A DNA stretch of 64,000 nt from NCBI GenBank assembly GCA_012295275.1, contig CM022670.1, positions 11,408,001 through 11,472,000 on the forward strand, written 5' to 3'. Numbering within the stretch: the stretch's first letter is position 1; every line of letters starts with the position of its first letter. The position numbers and the translations under genes are program-made. Of the stretch, positions 1-12,230 are shown in pieces. The notes under the pieces were generated by a model that worked only from the letters and a program-made list of their open reading frames with translations, had not been told where the DNA came from and searched no databases. Source of the stretch: Chrysomallon squamiferum (lineage: Eukaryota > Animalia > Mollusca).

Positions 1-385
1 AATAAAATTAATAATATTTTGTAAACCTATTCGTTACTGTTTAGTTTAAAACAGTAATTATTTTTGTAACCTGTTTAGAAACACATTCTTTTCTGTGAAA
101 TTTGCTATTGACATAATTTAAAATCTTCAGAAATGAAGGTATTTCATATGAAAATTTAGAAAAATCGAAACGAATTTATTGATTTGAATTTCTTATTAAA
201 AATTAGAAATACAATGCCAATCCAGCATAATAAAAATAATTTAAAAAAAAAGAAAAAAATTAAAATTTACAGGGCTTTTTTGTATTTTTATCTCGAAACC
301 TGGATGCACTATTGTATTTGTGCAGTTAAATGTTTTTGTAAAGTAATAATAAATATTAATAAGAAGTCCTGGCTTTCTAACATTG

Positions 386-419
<34 letters not shown>

Positions 420-593
420 ATGGTGTATGTGTCTCTAAACTACTCGTCACTGTCATCCATTAAACTGTCAGTCACTGTATGCTTCAGCTTCAATGCTTGG
501 GCTTCCAGGAGGCTTCTTCCTTGGTTGTCCAATTTCAGATCTCACTACCAGCCAACATGTTCTGTAACCCTCTCTAATTTTTCCAACTCACAG

Positions 594-2981
594 GCGTGTA
601 CGGGGATGTTCATCGAGTGAAGATCTTGTTTAACAAGAAAGACAATGCACTCATACAGATGGCTGAACCAAATCAAGCTCAACTTGGTAAGGATGTTTCA
701 GTCAGGAAATACTTGAGAAAAAAAAAAAATAATGTTTAATAATAATAATGCATAGTCTAAGTTTTACCAGTGTTATTTTTAAAAATTGTTAAATACAGAA
801 AGGTGACACCCCTTTTGGTTGTATAAATAGTTTTGCAAAAATGTATTCATTTTCAAATGGGGAAAACAAAAAAAATTGGGATGGTTCTTTATTTCTTTCT
901 CTTCTTTATTTCTTTTATATTTTCTTTTATTTTTCTTTTATTTATTTTTTAAGTTTTAATATGTTTGCTTTATTAAATTTTTTTCAGCCATCACATTTTT
1001 GGACAAAGTAAAAGTTTGGGGAAAGCCAATCCGAGTGGCTCAATCAAAGCATTCAGTGGTTCAGATGCCGAAAGACGGGCAGCCTGTAAGAACAAATTTA
1101 AATATTTATTTTGTTTAGCTTACAGTTTAATGTATAATTCAGAGCAGGTAAATTTTAGTTTTGAGAAAACAAATAATTATAAACTTCATTTTATGTTCAT
1201 TGCAATGTCTGAATACAAAATAAAATATTTTATTCTGAAAAATAAATTAAATTTTTTTTTTTTTTTTTTAATATATTGATTCCTACTCATGTTTTTCCCA
1301 CACATTAAATTTAAAAAAAAAAAATAAAAAAAAAAAAAAAAATTCAGGTAATATAACTGATGCTACAAAACTCAATAAAACTTGATATAATCATATTTCA
1401 AAATAAAACTGAATGGTCTTTTATCTATCTGAGAATTAGGTATTTTTCTCTAGGTGTTATGAATTGAATTGTATAGTTAGAAAAACCTGATGAACTGCCT
1501 TGATACATTTTTTTAGAGAAATTAAGTTTTCAAAATGTACAAAACAAATAAAAAGAATATCTGGTTTAAAGCTAAAATAATCCTAATATTCAGCATCATA
1601 ATGTTGTAACTCAGCATATAAGATTTAAATTTGATTTTGTAATTTCAGGATGCTGGCTTGACAAAAGATTATACCAATTCACCTCTCCATCGCTTCAAGA
1701 GACCAGGATCAAAAAATTGTCAGAACATTTTCCCTCCATCTGGAGTCCTTCATTTATCTAACATTCCGTAAGTCTTACTTGCTGTCTGTTGTGATAGTTA
1801 TCTACACCTATTTCATTAAATATACCAAAGTTATCAAATAATTTAATAAAGCTAAAATATTCAAATCATATCACAATTTTTTATGTGACAGGTGTGATAG
1901 GTTTATTAAATAATCTCTTTGGTGTTGCATTAGAAGGACCCCAAACTGTTAGATGTAAAAATGTTATCATTGTGAAATAAAAATTATTGGTGTTTTATTG
2001 TATTTTCAGACCAAATGTTGAAGAGAGTGAAATAACTGATTTGTTTTCTGAGCACGGAACAGTGAAAGCCTTCAAGTTTTTCCCGTAAGTTTGTTCTAGT
2101 AATCCTGTCTGTGGAGTTGTACTATCTCTTTCCTGATTTCACATGAAACTAATAATTAGCCATTTGTTTTACTCATTGATCCTTAAAATAACAGTCTTTT
2201 AAAATAACATAAATAAATAGTAGTTTGAAGATTTAAAATATTATAATAATGGTATTTATATTTTAACTGTACAGGAAGGGGAAATATTAAAAGTGATACT
2301 TAATGCTGCATGTGCCCTTTGTAATCACATATGCACAAATATTATTTTCAGGAAAGACAGAAAGATGGCCTTGATCCAGATGGGGTCTGTTGATGAAGCA
2401 GTGATGGCTCTAATAGTAAGTTTCTTTCTGTTTTAAAATAAAAAAAACCTTATAATATAATGGAAAGAGTATTTAATTTTTGTAAACAATTGGTATTATG
2501 GTGTGTGTATTTTTTGTGTTGTTTTTTAATAATGGAACAGAATGCTTGTCAGAAAGGTGTTAAACAACTGAAAGAAACTTTCATTTAATGAAGATGAATT
2601 CAAAATTAAAGAGAAAAATATGATTGTATATAAAAGTGGACAGTTACTTTTATTTATTTATTTTTTTATTTTTTGAAGTCCATAGTTTTAATGCGATCAT
2701 TAACACTTAATATTTAACATAGTTATTTTTAAAGTAAGCTAAAAGCTAGAAAATTGGATATGTGTCACAAGTTTTGACATACTGATTGTAGCCGATATCC
2801 TGGTAATAGCAACAAAAGCAGTGATTGTCTAATGGAGTCCAAAGAGTTAATATTCCTGAGTTTAATTATAATGTGATTTAAAACTGTTTTTTTCTTTTAT
2901 CTTTTTTTACAGGCTTTGCATAATCACCAGCTGAGTGAGAGTAGCCATTTGCGTGTGTCGTTTTCAAAATCAACTATCTGA
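594..2981 (+). CDS. PTBP1: Polypyrimidine tract-binding protein (PTBP1/2/3, hephaestus family), 3' exons encoding RRM3-RRM4; 5' part lies outside the window
   Basis: GT-AG exons at 594-686, 988-1085, 1649-1767, 2010-2084, 2352-2415 and 2913-2981 splice in frame to [23 protein letters not shown]...[34 protein letters not shown]...[10 protein letters not shown]...[11 protein letters not shown], which matches the PTB C-terminus. The vertebrate paralog number is nominal. Confidence 0.96.
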
Positions 2982-4799
2982 AAAGAAAAAAACAAACAAA
3001 ATCCACAAGACAGTAATAGTAACTCACCTAATGCCTCCTTGATGATTGATACTTGATGACTGATTCAAATAATACTGAAACTTGTCCCATAATGTGCCAG
3101 TCATGTTGGCCAGAAGAGTTTCTGCCTCTAGTGTTTTAATGACACTGATGCAGGGAACAAGTGCCTTTAATGTAAATTCTGTAGATTTGTGCTCCACTTC
3201 ATTTCTTGCCTCAGTGGAGAAAAATTATAAAACATGCACTGGATATTTGTTTACGGGTTGGAAGGTCATAACTACTAAGTTTGTTTTAGTTAATAAGCAT
3301 TATTGTTTTGTATTATTTTCTAGATTTAAAAAAAAAAAAAAAAAAAAACATTTAAAAATTAATTTAAAAAAAAAAATTAAATTGAAATTGAGAGAGCATT
3401 AATTATTAGGTAGTTTTTATTTTTTCTCTCAAGTTTTAAGCATATTTTTTAAATAACATAAAATGGTAATAAATAGTTGACAAAAATGAGCCTGCAAAGA
3501 TTAAGGCAGCAATTTATTATGTTTGCACCATTTTTGTCTTGCAAAATGAAAGAAGGAAATTTATTTTTAAAAATTGAAAAAACCATATTTTTTTCTTTCA
3601 ACTACCTTTCCCAAAAAAAAAGAAAAAAAAAAAAAGAAGAAAAATAAGAGAAAAAAAAGTAATGGAGTTTCATTAGTACCTGCTTCTCCGAAATAATATT
3701 TTCATTGTTCTTGTTTGATTTGATTACTATTGTACTATTGTTGGCAGCCTTATTTCTATGTTTAACAAAACAAACAAAAAATTACAATTCAAGCATAATC
3801 ACTTTACATGTGTTCAGAGATTTGCAGGAGAGCAGATATTTATGAAGTTTTGTTTCAGAAATCCAATTGTTTGTGATAATTCATTTGTTCTTAATATGTT
3901 CTGGTTTTTTTTTGTTTTTTTTGTCAGTAGCAATGATATACCAGCATCAATGTCAGAAACTTTAAAAAAAAAAAAAAAAAAGAATATCTTAGTGCTTTTA
4001 TATCTTTAATATTGATCATGTTCAGTTTGTTTGTATTCCTGTACATGTTGTAATGAATGTAGAAAGTAGGCAGTTTTTGTATTATTATAATGTAAGAGGA
4101 GGTTTGGAGATATAATTGTTTCTTTACATTTACTTTTTCTTTTTATCCTTTTTTTTTATTTTTTTTATTTTTAAAAATTTTTTTTATTATTATTACATTT
4201 TTTGCATTCTGAGAGTTACTATTATAAGCGGAATTTATTTATTTTCGTTTGATAAGCAGGGTGATGATTTTGTTTTATGATTGAGATATTTCGTAAAACA
4301 AAAACACCATGACAGCATGGTGAATAATTCTATGAAACAAGCCTCACAAGTTTGTTGGTTTTTTTTTAATGTTGGTTTTTTTTTTTTTTTTTTTGTTTGA
4401 CATGTTACCACTTTATTTTATTTTTTTCCGTCTTATCATTCCACATTTTGTGGTTCATCATTTATTATATCATTATTACATATTTGTTGAAAATTTTCTT
4501 TTCGTCTTATCAGTGCATTTTGATTTTTGGGAGAGGTTTTTAAATTTGCAGGCTGGGATTATTAAATTTACAAATAAGTTTACTTTCTGTAATAAAATAG
4601 TGATTTCATAATTTGGGGCAAAAACAATTAAATCATTTGTTTTAAGAAGAAAAATAATTAAATGTATTACAATTTCAGTAATTATCTAAATTTCAGTATT
4701 TAATTTAACATCACTTGTTAGACTTCGTGTCTTTGTATGTAGGACCTACAGTTTATCTATTATTGTCTTAAGTGGTATTTTTAGTTGTTTTTGTTCATG

Positions 4800-4839
<40 letters not shown>

Positions 4840-5906
4840 CGTTTTTCTTGTATGGTTATAATTAAAATCAAATACTGATGATCTCTTTTTGAGAAGAAGA
4901 AATGTCAATGATAAATGAAATTTCAAATCATTTATTATTATTATTATTACTTTTCTTTTCTTTTATTTTTATTTTTATTTTTATTTTTTTTTTTTCGAAA
5001 CCTTAGCCTTTTAATCACTTTCTTTTCTTATTATTATTATTATTTTTTTTTTTTTTCAAATTATTAGTTTTATGTATTAGTGGTGGTGGTCCTAAGTGTT
5101 TGTAATTTCTAAGAGTACAGTGTTTTGTAATTATCTATAGTCTCCCTTTATCATCATGTTCATACTGTCATTTGCATATATATACAAATTTATATATATA
5201 TTATGTTTACATTGCAAACTCCCGTTCCACGAGATTTAAAGATCTGAACTCATTGTGCATAATTATTTGCTGATGGGTTGTTATGTGCCTATTATGGGAA
5301 CAACAGTTATTAGGCTGTTTTGAAAAGTTTTTATCTCTTATAAAGTTGCTTTTTTTTTTTATTTATTAAATTATACTGTTATGGTCCATCATTTTTGAGG
5401 GTCAGCAGTGTTATTATACACAAGCATTCACTGTTAAGTCAAGTTAAATTTTTCAAATATATTCATTAAAAAAAAAATGTATTGCGCAAACTAAAATGTT
5501 TTAAATCAAACTACAATTTTGTAATAAAATTGATTAAAAAAAAAAAGAAATGTTGATAGTGGGTGATATATTTGTTTTGCATATACTCAATGCTGTTATG
5601 TATAGGATTGTTTCTTATCAAATCACAGTATCTGGTACACCTGTTTTCTTTCCTGTCTGTGCCTGACAACTGTGACCCATCTGTTTCTCTCCTAGTACTA
5701 GTATTTCGATTGATTCTGTTGTGCTGTTTCTGTCTGTATAGGTACTTCATCTTAGAAAACTGTAGCTTTGTTTTCAGTGACTAATAACCTTTGTAAACTA
5801 TTTGTGCATCATTAAACATTCTGGATGTGGGAAATAAATCCTTCTGTCTTTCTTTCTATCACTGCTTTAGACAACACTTCTCTATGGCTTTTAAGATTAT
5901 TATTTA

Positions 5907-5943
<37 letters not shown>

Positions 5944-6579
5944 AATCATTATCATTATTATTTAATTATTATTGTTATTATTTTATTTTATTTATTTTTT
6001 AATATTTTATTTTCAAGCACAAACCTTCATGCATAATACAGAGATGAAGAGATACATTTCAAAAATATTAATGTATTATCTGCCATATTGATCTCATTCA
6101 CTGATACTTTTTGATAAACTTCATAATATTTTGGAATATCGGTAGTAACTGATCTGATAAATCATTTTCTTTTCATTATTTTATACATTTTGTTACATTT
6201 TCAAATTCTACTAAACATTTTCTGTGTGACCTCAATGCATCAACAAAAATATTCACACCTTTAAGTGATGGTCATATTCCAAGACGGGCTATTAAAAATC
6301 TGGTGACTAAATGCTATGTTAATTTATTCAAAATCCAGCTACATCTAAAAACAAATTGTTGATGCATGAGGTCAAGTGGAATGCATGAGAAAAGAAAAAA
6401 AAAAAAAAAAATGTGATCATTTAAATGGCTAGACAACCTATACCTTTTAAGAAGTGAACAGTTCATTTGCATCTTCCTGCCAGTTGGTCTAGGTGTCCTG
6501 TTGCATGCCTTATCTAACATTTCCAGCTTAATGTTGCTTGGAACTGCAATAGCGTCAGTTATTGTTTTCACTAGACATT

Positions 6580-6611
<32 letters not shown>

Positions 6612-9542
6612 TTATACAATTAATTCAAAAAATCTGCAAACATTTCTACATGTATATATTTGCATTGTTTTCGTGGTCGGTGAAAAATGATTATTTTTTA
6701 TAGCAGTAATATTTGGCGATGTGTTTTTTAATTTATTTTATTATTATTATTATTATTATTTATTATTATTTTTTTTTTTTTTTTTTGTAAGAAATTAACT
6801 ACAGAGCTTTCAGGATCATAGTTATAAAGATTACCAATAAAAAACGCATTTTGTTCAGCCATTTTACGTTCGAATACTTCACACTGTTGATACAAAAAAA
6901 ACAAAAATGGCCTAAACATTAATTTTGCTGCATACGTCCAGTTTATTGTTTTATTAGTTCTTAATATGGTAGGCTTAGCCAATAGCATTACATGATGCAG
7001 TTACAAAACATTTTGTCGCCGCCTTGAAGATACCAGGAAATGAGAGAATAAACCAGTGTGTTTGCATATAATGCGAAATCATCGGGAAAAATTATTGTTA
7101 AAGTTAACGAAGAAACATCAGAAAAATTGGAAATTTGTTTTTCTCCGCACCCCACCCCCATCTCTCTCCAGTCAACAACTTTACTGTCCGTTTTATTTTA
7201 AAAAGAAAATGGTGCGAGTAACTTCTGCATATATTCCTGCGCATGTTGGTAAAAACGTGGTTACTAGACAGTGATCCTTCACTCTAATTAATTTGTAAAA
7301 AAGAATGGTAAAAAAAAGAAAAAAATAAAACAAAACTAATGTGCTCTAACTATAATGAAAAAGAAGAAACTGCACCTAGACGTACATTTTTATTATGAAA
7401 ATGAAAAGTGCAACTGACCAATGCATTTTGTATGCCAGCGGTTAACAAAGCAGAAAAAAGGATCCGTTCAAATGTTTATTTTATTTTTTTATTTTTTTAC
7501 GATTTGTTGCCATTAACGAGTAAACAATAACTTGGAAGGCAGAGATAATCAATAATCATTTATACTTGATATAAAAAGTGTAGCTTAGAACTTCGCTAAA
7601 ATTTGCTCAATTTTGTTAAGTGATTTAAAATAATAAAACTTGTTTAAAAACATAATAAGAAAATAGTATTAGCTATATATAATCCAAAATTTTATATGAT
7701 CTAAAAAAAATAATAATTATAATAAAAAAAATTATATTTATTTATGAACTATAAATTTATATTTTTAACCATTCTTTGTTTCTTTTGAAAATATCGTTGC
7801 AAAAATACTGGTCACGGATCAGTTTAATACCAGTAAAGTTGTTAATCAATTTTTTCCACATAAAAATTTACGTTTTCGTCCACTTCAGAAAACAAGCACA
7901 AAACCCGCTATGATATCGGAGAAATTTTAGTGCTACAAACTAATCATTCTGCCATGATACACAAGTCATCAAAGCGGGATAAAATGCGTCAAAATAGGGC
8001 ATCGTACTGCTTTGTAAAAAGGTCCCTACATTCGGCTAGAATGTCGTATATGCATCATATTTCTGTTTGTTTTTTTAACAAATGAAACAAAAGTGATCTT
8101 TCAACCTTACGTTTTCTGACATTGCCAAAGCGCGTAATTCATGGTTTTATTCCCTCCTTCAGTGATGGCAGATACATGGAATAAGATAATGGTACAATTT
8201 CAGAGTAAGCACTCGAGATTTTTGACAGCAGATTAAAATGCCATGCAGGAAAGTAATTGAGGCAAATTATACCTGTTCGCAGTTGTTTGGACCTATCATT
8301 TGTGTCCCTAATTTACCAGATTTGGTGATTATTTCAAATTTTTATCTTAAATCTGTCATAAATCTTTTTAAAAAAAATATATATATTTACCGATTTACAT
8401 TAATATTTAATTAATATTTTTAGTAAAATGATGCTAGGCAAATAGGCACGTAACAAAAAAAAAAAAGTAAAAAAAAAAAATAATAAAATAAATAACAAAA
8501 AAAAAAGAAAGGTATTTTCTTCATCACGGGAAAGTGAAATAAATACAATGAAAATCATATTCATGATGGCAACTTTAAAACTAACGGGAAAATGACAATT
8601 TATAGTCCGAAAATTCTTAAGGGACTATTTTTGGCTTTATTGAAATAAATACTGTGATCTAAGATCTTAAATTATTACATCTCATAAAAAGCAAGATAAT
8701 TATGACATATTCAGTATATTAAGTATACAGTTCTATATGAACTATGTATCGATACGAAATAAAAATAATAATAATAATAACCATCCAATCAAAAGGCAGT
8801 ATTTGATCATGTGATCGTACAGGAGAAGATTATTGTTTTATATCCACATCGCCTTTTCAGACGATTGGTATGGAAGTTTGAACAACTATTTGTTCTCGAC
8901 AGATTTTGATACTGTTTTGCACAAATAAAATTAAATACTTGATCTGTAGTTAACACTAGTTTTATTTATTTTTGTATTTTTATTATTTTTAATTTAAAAA
9001 AGAAAACAATTGTTGTGGGGTGAGCGCATGGATAATTTTTATGAAGATATTTTTCTTCGAAATATTAAATATAGCATATACCTGTTCTTTTAGAACAGAA
9101 AAAAAAAAAAAAAACTTCAAAAACGAAGCACCGCAGAAATATATTAATTATGTGTATTAAGGCAAAAAAAAAAAAAAAAAAAAAAAAAAAGATGTTTCAT
9201 CACAGGTATTTTAAAAACAGACTAACTACAACACTAGTTCTAGCGTAGCGTGGGGCAATCCAAACCATAAACGAAGCTGTTACGAATTCCACTTTCCGAA
9301 AGTTTCATACGTATTTTCTCAACCTAATTACATTTGCATTAAATCTATTTGCAGCCACCAAAAATTATATCGTAACTGTAATATGAGTTGTTGTGGTAAC
9401 TTTCATGGTCAGAGACGCCATGTAATCTAATTAGATAAAGCTATCTAAAGGATGTATTGAGATGTTCCTTCTTAAGATCAAATGGGGATTGAAGATATTT
9501 TTGTTTATATTATTTATTTATTTTAACATTATCATTATCATT

Positions 9543-9574
<32 letters not shown>

Positions 9575-9899
9575 TTATTATTATTGTTATTTTTTTGGAT
9601 ATATCAATAAACAAACTGTAGTATTAACTTTACTACAACAGTATGTTTCAAATGAAAAAGAAATGTCTGTATAAAATAACCAAGCCATATATTTAGCTTT
9701 ATCTATTCATTAAATATTTGGGGGAAAACAACAGGAGTAACAGAATAAAAAATATGCAAGTAATATACATTTCTATGCGCTTTGGTGTCACTATGCAGTA
9801 TACTATAACTACACTACAGGAAGTCAGATATATATTTAAAAATTAAACTTAAGCCAGAATCACTTTTCTTTTTCTTTTTTTTCTTTTTTATTTGACATC

Positions 9900-11351
9900 A
9901 TCTTCCGCCATCCAGTTCTTCTTTCCTTAGAAATAAAATATATTTTACATCTCTGCAGCTAGAGAATCACGCCTTTCTTCACAAAACAGAGTCAATGTTT
10001 TTAGCTTCTGAACACATCGATCAAGTGGAAGCCCTCGTTGTTGTAGGTACATCTGAGCATCATTCACTTAGTAAGCACTTCGCTCCACATATAAAAGAAT
10101 GAAAAGAAAAGATAGGACAAAATGCAAACCAGCAACCTGCCTGCATCTCCTTTGATTTCTGAGCTTTCATCTAATTCATCTCTCAAGACTTCCAAAGTTT
10201 CGATTATTTCTTCAGTGAACTCAGAAAGTGCGCTCGCAGCTTCAGGCTTGGAACTGAGTCTTGTGCCACAGAATCGCTTCACGTTAATTCATATATCTTC
10301 ACTAAGAACATCCCACATGTGAGTAGAGCTTGAGAAAAATGTGTACACATTTTGCAGTGCAAAAAAAAAAAATTCAAAGAAAGATTAAAAAATTCAAGAA
10401 TTTTGTTCAAACAATTGTTGCATAAACACCAGCAAGATCAAGTGAGTGATTGTTACATGGCTTTGGGGTTTATGTCCAGAATACGGTTCTGAGCACGAAT
10501 TACTTGGGACATTTGGTCAGTATGCGAAATAACTATCAAACGCGAGGGCAAAATATTTGGCCTTTAAAATTCTTTGAAAAAGTTGTTCGGATGTGATCAC
10601 CAAGATTTTTGGTGAACTCATTTTGGCTCTGTGGAATTAAATAACGCACCGCACAGCTGCAGACTTGCTGAACTTTGTGAAGATGTTGGTTAGCAACTGG
10701 GTCATATTTGGCAAGTAACTTGAAAGTGTCAAGGAAATTTTCATAGTTATCATTTGAACTCAAATTTTGTAAGTGACCATGCAAAGGTCAGCACACGATC
10801 AAACCAGTTTCATTATGCTATATAAACAGTAGCATTCATATGTCCCTCTCGCTGCGACGGACACGCCCGCTGACCTGTCAGAAAGCGTGCCCGTCGTTGA
10901 CGTGCTTCACAACAGCTTGCTCTGATTAGCACGTTAATTTTTTCCACTTCACTTCACTATGTCCCTCTCTTAACAAGTTCACTTTTCAAAGTTTTATCTT
11001 CATTCTCTGGCCAATAACCAAGATCAGTGAAAACATTTATATCTTTACTTTGTGAAAGAGCACGCAACTCTCCTAGTGTAGAGGCATGTTCAGACAAGGC
11101 TGTCTCTGCTTTTAAAGCAGAAAGTGATCACTGGAGCAGATTCTGATGTTCTTTCAATACTGGTGGAATTAGCAGCGCTCACAATAAACCTGTCGACACT
11201 TCCAGAGCTGAGTAAATAAATCATTATTGAACAAACATAACCAGATAAATATCAGCATGGTCTTTTAAGTCACGCTGCACCGTTCGAGGAGCCTTTCCTT
11301 GTATTAGGATAATAAAACAAAAATCTCCGAAGTCTGGTTTCATTTGTTTAC

Positions 11352-11387
<36 letters not shown>

Positions 11388-11502
11388 TTTTTTTTTTATT
11401 GGTCATTTTATATATATATTTTTTAATCCAACAATTTTGGCCCCATCAAACTTTTGCGGCCGGGGGAATCGCTCCTCTGCCCCCGTCCACGCTACTCCAC
11501 TG
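9900..11502 (-). mobile_element. Decayed hAT-superfamily DNA transposon (ZMYM1-like/DUF4371-type transposase remnants)
   Basis: Frameshifted minus-strand fragments read TDLGYWP (~11020), NFLDTFKLLAKYDPV...YLIPQSQNEF (10536-10784), PCNNHSLDLAGV (CxxH motif, ~10430-10460) and RFCGTRLSSK...EEIIETLE (10064-10282). A GC-rich terminus reads CAGTGGAGTAGCGTGG on the minus strand from 11502, resembling hAT ends. The other end is uncertain. Confidence 0.8.
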
Positions 11503-12230
11503 TGAAGTGGTACGTGTCAGCTGGGTACAAGAGCCAGCACGGACATTGTAAACTCGGATAATAGCGAAAAGTTTGATTTCGTCGCGTACGTAAAACGGAT
11601 ATTCCAAACAGACAAGCTTTGCTAACCACGGATTTCATCTTTTCCTTTTAGTCTCCCAAACAAAGAAAATAAATAAATAAATAAATAAGTGAAAATAAAA
11701 AAGAAGAAGAAGAAATTTCTAAAACGTTTAATCCTGATATAAATTGGTACGTTCAGCCGTCCAGTGTTAATGAATAATGAAGGGTAACAACAAAAAAGTA
11801 ATACTAAAAACATTTTTGTATAGTGACATCATCACGAATTGGGGTGATGCATTTGCTCTGGACTTTCTTCTAATGATGTAAGGAAAAAATAATAAAAAAA
11901 ATAACGTCAGTCTCCAGTTCTCTAGTCTGTTTCTAAAAGTATTATTTTCAAATGTTGATACGTCAATATAATAGTAACTTGGAAGAATTTACTAAACCGT
12001 TTATTTGTGCTAGATTTTCATGGCAGATAGCCAGCAGTCATGTAAACCGTTATTTAAAAATTATATATTTCTTTATAGCTTACACGAAAAAGTGAAAAAT
12101 TGAAGATATTTAATTATACATAGTTTTTAATCTATTAAATTTAGAACAGCCTAAACATTCAGAAATAAACAAATAAATAATGAGAGGTTAAACACAAGAC
12201 AAGTAACTATTTTTTATTACTTCGTTGCTG

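Noticed and set aside
6314-6586. Minus-strand 90 aa ORF with plausible splice sites
   Set aside because: No recognisable domain, and no in-frame neighbouring exon was found.
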